The notes under the pieces were generated by a model, which made no database searches, had not been told where the DNA came from, and saw only the letters and a list, made by a program, of their open reading frames with translations. Positions 51,467 through 62,000 of a stretch of 62,000 nucleotides of DNA are shown in pieces. Numbering within the stretch: the stretch's first letter is position 1; each line of letters starts with the position of its first letter. The DNA lies in contig NC_057751.1 in NCBI RefSeq assembly GCF_004010195.1, positions 12,820,014 to 12,882,013 of the forward strand. Reading direction: 5' to 3'. Made by a program: the position numbers and the translations under genes. The DNA comes from Chiloscyllium plagiosum (taxonomy: Eukaryota).

Positions 51467-51681
51467 ATTTTGAGGTGCTGGTGTTGGACTGGGGTGGATG
51501 AAGCTAAAAATCACACAACATCAGGTTTATAGTCCAAAAGGTTTATTTGGAAGCACAAGCTTTTGGAGTGCTGCTCCTTCACCAGGTGGTTGTCCATCTG
51601 TCGAAGGAACAGCGCTCTGAAAGCTAGTGCTTCCAGATAAACCTGTCAGACTATAACCTGGTGTTGTGTGATTTTTAACTT
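51467..51681. mobile_element. Inverted (palindromic) Penelope-type terminal repeat pair
   Basis: Arms 51501-51588 and 51595-51681 are imperfect reverse complements around a 6-nt spacer; each carries a degenerate CTGANGA...GAAA motif. Confidence 0.8.
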
Positions 51682-52759
51682 TAATCATGCTATCAAAATT
51701 CACTCAGGGTGAGGTATGGAGACTGTCAAGAAAGAATAGAACCAGTGCCCAGCAAGACTTCACACCTCCAGCAGATGGGAGAAAATGAGAAAAACACAAT
51801 TAAATGGAAAAATGATAGCAATAATTGGAAACATATAGAGCAAAACAGAGAAAGGTCACAGTGTCGTCTGCAATTATCCAGCTTGAAAGCAGTGTAAATG
51901 AGACTTGCCCAGAGAATCCTCTCTGCAGATTGGCATTTGTTAGTTCTGATTTGCTTGTAACAGAATAGTTTTTATATCTTAGTTTCGAGATCTGTAAGTT
52001 TAGCAATGAGTTCAGAACTAATCAGGCCCATTTCTTCTTCACTCCACACAAATGACTCTTAATGAGCGTTAGAATTGCCGAGTAAAATTTGAACAAAATG
52101 AATCCGATGCCAAAAAACTCTAATGGCTCTTGTTAAATGAAATGTGAAGCATCGTCTCAGACGATTTATGCATTGTGAAGCATTTGCAAGAGGTGTTCTG
52201 TAATGGTGACTGATTGTCCACAATTGAGCTGTCTGGAGATAGTTCGACTCACTGCACTATGTTGCATGTTTTACAGGAATTCTTCGTTGAACATCCAGAT
52301 ATTTTTTATTTTTTTCACCAACATTCCATAGCCACTTAGCTTTTCACCTGTCCTGTCAGACTTCACTTCTGACACTTCCAGCACCACGATGGATTTCTGC
52401 TTATTTAATCTTCCAGTCAGGAAAACAACAGAGTCAGGAGCAACACTGTTTTCACACTCCATCTGAACTGACTCTCTTTTAAAGGCAAACAGCAGCCAAA
52501 CACATCACTCAATCCCATTGTCACCCACCACGGTGTTCAGCTTGAAAGTAAATCCTTTGTGTTTGGAAATGCAGGGCCAGCCCCATGGTGTTTGTCTGTT
52601 TATCACCAGTTTCTGTCAGTGTGATGAAGTTGCAGCATTTTGTATCACTGAACTGTCCTTTTATTCAGAAGCTTCAACAAATAGTTCTGTTTGAAGAGTT
52701 GAGTCTCAGGTCCAGTCAGGTGTTCTGAACTGTGAGGAGCTGGGTTCAAGGTAGAACCA

Positions 52760-53292
52760 GTGAGTAGTTGGAATAAGTAGTATGAATTCTAGGGAGCTGA
52801 TCTCAGTGTGCTTGGGATAACATCACTGTTTAAACTACTATAAGCATCACCAGAAGGCAGTAGAAGTGTTGGAAAGGTGCAAAAGAGGTTTGAAGGATGA
52901 TATCAGAAATGAGGGGTTATGTCTTTCAGGAAAAGCGTTTATTTTTCCCTGCAGATAAGCAAGAGTTTAGGCAAGACCTGAGAAAGCTTAATAAATTTAG
53001 GTGAACAAGTGAAAAATGGTTCCACAGGTGGACGAGACCAATAGGGAATTCAGGGAGAAACATTCATACCCTGAGAGAGGTTAGAATGTGCAATTCGTTA
53101 CACTGTGGAGTAGTAGAGGGAATGACACAAATTGATTTAACAGGAATCTGGTGAAATTTGTGAGGAGAAAGGAAAAGAAGATGCTGCTGCTGATGTGAAA
53201 TGGAGTGGAGTGATAAGACTTTGGTGTGGAGCTATGGGCCAGTTGGTGAGAATGATCTGGTTCTGTGTTGTACTTCCTGTGTAGTTCTCTGT
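52760..53292 (+). mobile_element. Old CR1 3' fragment
   Basis: TTGGAAAGGTGCAAAAGAGGTTT (LE.VQKRF); GAGAGAGGTTAGAATGTGCAATTC; GGTTCTGTGTTGTAC tail. Confidence 0.65.
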
Positions 53293-54074
53293 ATGGGCTG
53301 TGAGATTTACTGCATTATTGACCACCTGTTGACTCAATGCTTTCCTTGATTTTGATGCTGTGTGATGTTAAAGGGGAAGTATTTATGAATGTCAGAGCAG
53401 GTTAGATGCCAGCGCCTCCTCGCAGCCTTGAAATTGTGCGTTATAAATCACTTTCCTCGAATTAAATAGATGAAGACCGAAAGAATACTTCTCCTATCCT
53501 TTTTTTCTGAGCTTCTCAAGCAGGGGTTTTCAATGTTGTTTGAAAATTCCATTTACTCAAGGCCTCCAGTATCACATGTAGCTTCAAGATAAAGGCTGAG
53601 GACTGAAAATTGGACACAAAGAAAGAGAGAATGCCTTAAAAAAATCAATAGATCTCTCACCATCTAGGGACAAAGGAATATAGAGTTAACATTTCAAGCC
53701 AGTGAGGAAACACCTATACTGTTGGTGCAAATGGTAACATTCTTACTTTCTATGTTAGAAAGGTTGATTCCTGAACAGAGAAGGTGAAGAGGATTTTAAT
53801 AGAGGCATTCAAAACCATAAACAAAACCATGAACCATTGACAAAATAAATAAGGAGAAATTGTTGCTGTAGAGCAGGTAACTGGAGGACTCCGCATCATA
53901 TTCAACCACATAGACAAAGTTACTGAGGTAATTCTTAGGGATTGAGAAGTGCTACTTTTTGGATGAGATGTTGGAACCAGCCCATCTGTCTTCATCTAAA
54001 TTAGGGCTGCATGTCCTGGATAATTTCAGTTTAAAGTCAAGGCAAGTATCTAATTTGGCAACAAAAGAAGTTTA

Positions 54075-54345
54075 GGGGGCATAGCTACAAATTGAGGGGT
54101 GATAGATTTAAGACAGATGTCAGAGGCAGGTTCTTTAGTCAGAGAATGGTAAGGGCGTGGAATGCGCTGCCAGCCAACGTAGTTAGCTCAGCCACATTAG
54201 TGAGATTTAAACAATCCTTGGATAAGCACATGGATGATGATGGGATAGTGTAGGGGTATGGGCTTAGATTAGTTCACAGGTAGGTGCAACATCGAGGGCT
54301 GAAGGGCCTGTTCTGCACTGTATTGTTCTATGTTCTATGTTCTAC
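54075..54345 (+). mobile_element. CR1 3' end
   Basis: RGHSYKLRGDRFKTDVRGRFFSQRMVRAWNALP; (TGTTCTA)n tail. Confidence 0.92.
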
Positions 54346-54759
54346 TCTTGATCCCCAGAATTGCTGTTGTTGTTCTAAGACTTTCTGTGTTCTGCTTGCC
54401 AGTCCTCATGTACCTACTATCATGAGGCCAGAGACGTAATCGAGCCTCAGGTTCTTTGGTTTTCTACTTTGTACCAAGCTCCACCTGACTTCACCTGAGA
54501 ATTATATCGAGTGAGTATGACATGGGTCAGCCCAGAGTGTTGGATGTGAGGGGCTTGTCAGTGTGCTGAAAACTGGGGAAGTTCCCTTGTCCTTTCAGCA
54601 TCTTTTGTACTGCTAGTAGTGAAAGGCCCAGTGTGGTGCAACCCTGCAAGTTCTCAAGAGCAACACCTCCAGTATTTGCATGCCTCTGCTGCCAAATTCC
54701 TCCACTGAAGCCAGTTTGAATTAATTTTAGTTTTTTTTCTCCAGTAACCATTGCCGTGA

Positions 54760-54984
<225 letters not shown>

Positions 54985-55765
54985 TAAATGCTTTTTGAGG
55001 ACATGAGTTGGAAAGGTACAGAGAAGAAGGTACCAACATTTGCTGGCTTTCTCCAGGAAGCTTGCCAGAAAGCCTGGAACTTTTACATTTCCTTCCAGTG
55101 GCTCTCAGGTGGTTCCTGCAGGCGAGAGTGGAATATGAGGATTGAGCCAATGATATGACCAGGAGTGTGGAGAAGCTAGAGAGGTAAGGAGTGAGGGATC
55201 GACAAGGGAGCTAGAGTATTGGGAAGAAAGGTGTTTGGAAGCTCTCTATCGCAGTGGTAGGCAAATTCATTATTCCAATAAAGGGATGACATTTTTTTTT
55301 AATTTGAGCTCTTTGCACTGGAAATGTGAGTCGGTTTTCCTGATAGGCATTCTGCATGTAAATGCTCGTGAAAAAGACAGCTTGGCAGAAATACATTCAC
55401 CGTCCCAATCACATTATCAACAAGTGACAAATAGAGGCCTCAGAAACATCACTGTAGAATAGGTGGCATGTGGGCTCATTATGCTGTTGCTCACTCTGGT
55501 GAGTATTTGCTGCTTTGGCCTCTGGATGGTGTGTTCGCTAAGGCCATATCATTGCTTCGATGGGAGGAGTCCAGTGGGCCATGGTGCATGCAAGTTGTCC
55601 AACCATGGTAAGGAGCTTGGCCAAGGGATGCAGTGTGACTGGGAAAGGTACAAGGGGAAGAAGGCACCAAGATTTCCCTGTACTCTCCAGGAAATAAAAA
55701 GTAATATCCTCAGTGGACTTACAGACAAACCCCCAGAGAAACTCAGAGCTGTTTAGCATGCATTT

Positions 55766-57300
55766 TAGAACATAAAACAGTACAGCTCAGTACAGGCCCT
55801 TCAGCCCTCAGTGCTGGGCCGACTTTTCAGCCTACTCTAAGATCAAACTAACCTGCATACCCTTCATTGTACTAACTTCCATGTGCCTATCCAAAGGTCA
55901 CTTAAATGTCCCTAATGTATCTGGCAGTGCAGTCCTCGCACCCACGACTCTCTGTGTAAAGAATCTGCCTCTGATATCTCCCCAAAACCTTCCTCCAGTT
56001 ACTTTAAAATTAAGCCCCCTTGTGATAGCCATTTCTGTCCTGGGGAAAAGTCTCTGGCTATCCACTCCATCTATCCCTTTCATCATCTTGTACACCTTTG
56101 TCAAATCATCTCTCATCCTTGTTCGCTCCAATGAGAAAAGCTCTAGATCCCCCAACCTTTCTTCATAAGACAAGTATCCTGGTAAATCTCCTCTGCACCC
56201 TCTCTAAAGCTTCCATATCCTTCCTATAATGCGGTGACCAGAACTGAACACAATACTCTAAGAGTGGTCTAACCAGGGCTCTATAGAGCTGCAACATAAC
56301 CTTATGCTCTTAAACTCAATCCCCCAGCTAACGAAACACAACAAACCACACGCCTTCTTAACAATCCTATTAACTTGGGTGGCAACTTTGAGTGATCTAT
56401 TAAAATGGATCCCAAGATCCCTCTGTTCCTCCACACTGCCAAGAATTCTGCCTTTAACCCTGTATTCTGCATTCAAAATTGACCTTCCAAAATGAATGAC
56501 TTCCAGGTTGAACTCCATTTGCCACTTCTCAGCCCAGTTCTGCATCCTGTCAATGTCCCGTTGCAACCTACAACAGCCCTCCACACTATCCACAAATCCA
56601 CCAGCTTTGTATCACCAGCAAGCTTACTAACCCGCCCATCCACTTCCTCATCCAAGTCATTTACAAAAATCACAAAGTGCAGAGGTCCCAGAACCAATCC
56701 TTGCAAAACATCACTGGTCACCAAGCTCCAGGCTGAATATTTTCCATCTACTACCACTCTCTGTCTTCTACAGGCCAGCCATTTCTGTATCCAGACAACC
56801 ATGCCTCTTTACTTTCACAATGAGCCTACCATGGAGAACCTTATCAAATACTTTGCTAAAATATATTTCCACCACATCCATTGCTGTACCTTCATCAATG
56901 TTTTTTGTCACATCCTCAAAGAATTCAATAAGATTTGTGAGGCATGACCTGCCCCTCACAAAGCTATGCTGACTTTCTCTAATCAAACTATGGTTTTCCA
57001 AGTAATCATAAATCCTGCTTCTCACAATTCTCTTCAATACTTGCCAACACAGATGTAAGACTGACTGGTCTATAATTCCCATGATTATTCCTATTCCCTT
57101 TCCTGAACAAGTGAATAGCATTTACCACCCTCCGATCATCTGGCACTAGATCAGTGGACAGTGGAGACACAAAGATCATCGTCAAAGGTGCAACAATCTC
57201 TTCCATCACTTCCTGTCGTAAGTTAAGGTATATCGTGTCTGGACCAGGAGATTTATCTATCCCTATGTCTTTAAAAATTTTCAGCACATCTTCCTTCTTG
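55766..57300 (-). mobile_element. CR1/HER1 LINE, about 1.5 kb of RT plus tail, decayed
   Basis: Minus ORFs DKSPGPD, GNYRPVSLTSV, SQHSFVRGRSCLTNLIEFFEDVT, QGLVLGPL and YEERL..LELFSLERTRMRDDL. Confidence 0.95.
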
Positions 57301-58261
57301 TTCGAGCATATCAGTCTGTTTCATGCTGTCCTCAGAAACATCAAGGCCCCTCTAGGTTTTCCATTCCTTGGATGCTGGTGTTTATTGAGTATAGTCGTGA
57401 TGGAGATGGTAAAAAGCTTGTTGGGTCACGAGAGCCAGGTTCCTCATTGGGTCTCAGTGCCACTGACCTGTGCTGCCTCCTCCGTCCAGACCTCCTGCTG
57501 CCCTCTCGAGGAAAGAACACCTAATATCTTTCCCTAATGGCCTGGAGGAGAGTCTGCAGTGAAGTATTGCTGAACCATGAGGCCATGCCACAGGTAAACC
57601 ATGAGCAGGTCTGAGACATTGTTGGCAGCAGCCTCTTTCTTCCAGGTTCTGGAGAATGGTGCTGACAGAGTCTCCTGGCTCACAGGCAATCAATTGCAGG
57701 ATCCTTTATAGATGGGGCCCTGACCTTGGACTCTATGAATCAGTGGCTGAGCCGACACCAAGCGAAGAGATTTACCTGTGCCTGTGTGCTTACTAAGCTG
57801 AGCTGCTTATGTTTGCTACAAGAAACCCAACTTGCCCCTAAGCGAGAATGTTCTTGTCCAGCCTCCTAACTTAGTCTGTCAAAAGGAAGATTCCAGCCCA
57901 GGATTGAGGAAGGAGTTACAAGGGAGTGATTGGGGGGAGGGAGCAAGTAGTGAAAGGGAGTTTCGAAGATAGTGGTTAGGAGCTGAGAGAAAGAGATGAG
58001 AAGCAGTTCAAGATCTTCACCCTGACTAGCGGAGGAATCGGCCTTCTTGATGTTGCACAATCAAAATTCCAGGTTGAAGAGTTGAAGTATTTTACTGCAA
58101 GGTGGGTTTCAAACTCCTGGAGAGGACTAAAATAGATATGGAAGGAGTCTGTAAACATCCACTGGTATTGTGAAAGGTTCAGTACAGTAATATCACAAGT
58201 CACTTTCAAAGTGATCAATCAATCAATAATCTTCATTGTTCAGACCTTTGACTGTAGGACT

Positions 58262-58800
58262 TGGAATGTTACATTGAGATTGTACATAATTTGGTGAGGC
58301 CTCTTCTGGACTCCTGTCCAGTTCTGGTCACCTTGTTATAGGATGGATATTATTAAACTGGAGAGAGGGTTCAAAAGAGAGGTACCAGGATGTTGCTGGG
58401 AATGGAGGGTTTGAGTTATATGGATAGGCTGGGATTTCTTTCACTGGAGCATAGGAGGCTGAGGTGTGACCTTACACAATCATGACAGGTACAGATAAGG
58501 TGAATGGCAGGTGTCAGTTTCTCATGGTGGGGGACTTCAAGACTAGACGGCATATTTTAAGGTGAGTGGAGAAAGATCTTAAAAAAGACATGAGGGACAA
58601 TTGTTTTTATAGAGGAAGTGATGGTTGCAAGTACAGTTACAACACTTAAAAGACATTTGGATAAATGCATGAATGAGAAATATTTGAAGGGATATGCGCC
58701 AAGCGCAGGCACGTGGGATTAGTTTAGTTTATGGTTATGATTGACATGGACTGGTTGGACTAAAGGGTCTATTTCCGTGCTGTATGACACTATCACTCTA
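58262..58800 (+). mobile_element. CR1 3' fragment
   Basis: GTCCAGTTCTGGTCACC (VQFWSP); CR1 tail ending CTATCACTCTA; same subfamily as 34358-34815. Confidence 0.88.
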
Positions 58801-59647
58801 AAAGGAAATGAAAACTCACTTCACAGGCATTTATGGGCAGTACTTTAAAAGGGGTCACGTTTGGCCAGTCGCTGGAGGTAAAAAAGGTTTCAAATGCAGT
58901 AGTTGAGAAGGTTAATGCATAAGAGATGACTGAGTTTGGTTGTCCTATTGTGGGTTAACTGTCTCCAGCACACTGGAAGGATCTCATTGGTAGCAGTACA
59001 AACAGCACGTCAGGTATTGTGTGGGCTCCTTTTAATTTGAAAGTACCTTGTCAATCACATACTGCTTGCCATCGAGGATATTTTCTGTTTTCTTTTGAAT
59101 AGCTTCTTGCAGGATTTTTTTTATCTTTGTACCTCGGCAATTCAAAGGCATGTTTATGTGTTTGCAATGCACTCGGCAGATGAGTCTGCCAAGGTTAATT
59201 ACAGCTCTTGTCTCTTCATTGTACGCTCACAGGATGGAACAAGGCCTACATCCCACCTCCAGTGTGCCCTTTACACTCCAACAATAGCCTGGCAGATAGT
59301 ATTTTCTGTATTTCCATTTACATGTTGGCACGAGGCCAGCTTCTCTGCCCTTGAGGGTGGTTGGAGAGGATGGGTGAATGTTGAAGCAGACTATTCATTT
59401 TATTGAAATAAGTACAGGTGAAGACCCCTTATGCTTTTGTGCATTAAAAAACCTTTCAGAAACAGTTATTCTAATTTCCTGCCAGTCTGTGTTTAATTAT
59501 TTTTGATGCATTGAACAATCTAAATTATTTGTGATGTTCCACAAGAGCTGATCTTCCTAACTGTGATAGCCCTGTCATGGAAATGGAATGGGTCTCAGTG
59601 TGGCCAGTCCTTGCTACAAATTGCCCTTTCTTAGCTGCTTCAGGTGA

Positions 59648-59977
59648 TAGAATTAGAATTGTTCCAATGTGGAAACAGGCCCCTCGGTCAAGCAAGACCA
59701 CAACTGACCCAGACCCACCTCCTCAACTACCCGACCTCCGCCGGACTAATGCACCCAACCTACACACCCCTGAACATTATGGGTAATTGAGCCTGGCCAA
59801 TTCACTCAAACTGCACTTCTTTGGATTGAGGAGGAAACTGGAGCACCCAGAGGAAACCCACGCACACACGGGGAGAACATACAAATTCCACACAAACAGT
59901 TGCCTGAGGCTGGGATCAAACCCGGGTCCCTGGTGCTGTGAGGCAGCAGTACTAACCACTGAGCCACCATGCTGCCC
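59648..59977 (-). mobile_element. HE1-type SINE
   Basis: Reverse-complement head (GCTGTGAGGCAGCAGTACTAACCACTGAGCCACCATGCTGCCC) and V-domain. Confidence 0.9.
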
Positions 59978-60208
59978 CCTTTCATTGCTGATCAGAAAAC
60001 TTCAATGTCAAGAGAATATTCAGGAATGAGATTATAATGCTTCTGCTGACCTCAAACAAGTGTTGGGAGCAGGAGTCTCACCTGATTCAACTCAGGGCCA
60101 ACTGAGACTGCTTGTTGTGCCCATATTGCCAACCTGGCTGAGATCAAATTCAATAAGAGAGGGAATTCCAAAGCTGCCTCAATCAAGTGATATATCAAGG
60201 CTATAGAG

Positions 60209-60535
60209 TTCTTTTTATTCATTGGATGTGGGCATCAATAGCCAGGCCAACATATATTGCCCATCCCTAATTGCCGAGATAGCATTTAAGAGTCAAACAT
60301 TGCTACGGTTATGAAGTCACAGGTAGGCCTGACCAGGTAAGGATGAAAGTTTCCTTCCCTAAAATGTCATCAGCGAACCAGATGGGGTTTTCCAACTTTT
60401 GACGAAAGTTTCATGGCCATCATTAGTCTCTTAAATCCAGTTTTTTTTTATTAACTTCAAAGTCCACCATCTGCCATGGTTCCCAGACCATTGCCAGGGC
60501 CTCCAGGTTAATACCACTGGGCCATTGCCTCCCCT
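60209..60535 (-). mobile_element. SINE family B
   Basis: ATTGCCCATCCCTAATTGCC...TTCCTTCCCTAAAA...GAACCAGATGGG is the reverse complement of 30767-31175. Confidence 0.8.
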
Positions 60536-60546
60536 GAATGTTTCAG

Positions 60547-61032
60547 TGGAAAATGAGGAGTTGTTCCTTGAGCTTGTGTGCTTCATTCGGAATGTGGCAG
60601 CAAAGTCAAGGTCTCAACATTGAACTCAACAACTTCAGAAACGGACCGCATTTTGTCTGTTCTCCATTTTTCTTACATTCCCTCCTTCCCTGCTTCCCCC
60701 ACAGATGTGCTGTGCTTATATTTTGTTTCTATTACACTTATTAAAATGGACCCATTTTCTCCCTTTCATAGCTTAATTTATACCCTCTATACATCCTTCC
60801 TGCCTTTCTCCAGTACTAACAACCCCTTTGTCTTCTGGACCTCTATACCATACACTCTACTAAGTAGAAAGAATAACTTATTTTCCAAGACCTTTCAGTT
60901 CTGAAGAAGAGGCACACAACACTCAAAACGTTGACTTTGTTTCTCTCTCCACAGATGCTGCAAGATATGCTGAGTTTCTCCAGCATTCTCTCGTGTGTTT
61001 CAGATTTCCAGTAATCACAGTATTTTGTCTTT
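60547..61032 (+). mobile_element. Penelope 3' fragment with an inverted 5' segment
   Basis: GLNIELNNFR terminus from about 60610, then UTR and CTGAAGAAG...CAAAACGTTG repeat; 60547-60610 is upstream coding sequence in reverse orientation. Confidence 0.75.
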
Positions 61033-61189
61033 CATCGAAAGAAGCTGCCTCATGAAAATTCAAACAGCCTGAAAAAAATGCCTGGAGGCTTTGTGAACTA
61101 ATAGAAATAAACCATTCAGACTGGCCTTTTCTATACTGCTGTTCCAGAAGAGCACTATAATCGTCTTCTCTCCAAAACAAAACTACAAA

Positions 61190-61570
61190 TGGCATTTATG
61201 TAGGACCACAAATGCAATAAAACAGCCTGAGGCATTCCACAGAATCACTAACAAACAAAATTTTCCTCTCAGCCTTGTGTAGAGTTATGAATTAAGGTAG
61301 AAATTTGGGTCAAAGAGATTGATTTTAAGATATATCCTAAGGGAGCAATTAAAGAGCTGGACCTGTGAAACAAGGGATTCAGAGCTGAGGGCCTGAGTTG
61401 TTGAAGGTATGGCCACCAATGCTGAAGTGATTCATATCAGATCTGAAAGTGTCCAGAGTTAGAGGAGTGCAGAGAACAGGGAGGGTTGGAGGTCTGGTGA
61501 AGTTTACAAAGGTAAGGAAGGAGGCAAGTTCAGGAAAGCTTTTGAAAACACAGATGAGAATTTTAAAACT
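61190..61570 (-). mobile_element. Old L2-type LINE 3' end
   Basis: TTTGAAAACACAGATGAGAATTTTAAAA is the reverse complement of FKILICVFKS (ORF 61379-61684). Confidence 0.6.
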
Positions 61571-62000
61571 AGCTCTGTAGCTACCTGTTCCATGGTAAAG
61601 AATTTCAAAGCTGGTGTGCTGCTGTGGTATCCAGACTATTCCTCCCAATGTCTGACGGATCATACCAAATGCACATCCCTTCAACAGTTTACATCAAGTA
61701 AGGTGTTGACCAACCAGCCTGCAACTGTAAAACTCACAACACAGTGTGCAACATTAGATGTGATTGCAAGATTGAACAACATTTGTCCAATACTCCAAAT
61801 AATCCAAAGTACACAAAGATTCATGCTGACAGTCACCATGCTGACATACATTATGGTATAATTACATGTGCTGGAAGCTACACATATGATACACAGTAGG
61901 CAGGAAGAACACGTATACACAGACCACCTGTTTCAACTCAACATGATACCTGAGAGCCATTCTCTGATTAACTTTTCCGGGCAATATCTTCACCAGAGTC

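Noticed and set aside
55463..55498. AG/GT-bounded 36-nt hydrophobic stretch (VACGLIMLLLTL, GTGAGT donor) as tetraspanin exon 3
   Set aside because: No polypyrimidine tract, too short for the expected TM3 exon, and no TSPAN15 resemblance.
59095..59195. Pyrimidine tract plus AG as a candidate exon 3 acceptor
   Set aside because: Translations from both AGs lack a TM3-like helix or hit a stop; exon 3 probably lies beyond the window.

Overview
This is AT-rich, CpG-depleted vertebrate genomic DNA, almost certainly from a cartilaginous fish. The repeat set (HE1-type V-SINEs with (AATCT)n/(TTCTATGA)n tails, HER1/CR1 LINEs, Deu-domain SINEs, Penelope fragments) fits a shark, probably a carpet/bamboo shark; that assignment is inferred from recalled repeat consensus sequences. 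I can support one host gene, a TSPAN15-like tetraspanin on the + strand. Coding exon 1 is at 28899-28991 (absent from the ORF track) and exon 2 at 54778-54963, separated by a 25.8 kb intron; exon 3 was not found in the window. The rest is intergenic or intronic DNA filled with decayed retroelements: a young Tx1/L1-type LINE 3' end at 1-1434, many CR1 pieces, a Rex1/Babar-type LINE, Penelope GIY-YIG fragments with hammerhead-ribozyme-like termini, three SINE families and a solo LTR nested inside a LINE. Nearly all short ORFs in the track are repeat-derived or spurious. I see no convincing previously undescribed biological system. The most interesting signals are the divergent TSPAN15-like gene with its IRF/ETS promoter motifs, the hammerhead-like motifs (including a two-armed palindrome), the nested solo LTR and several local duplications. 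Repeat boundaries were read by eye and are approximate unless stated.
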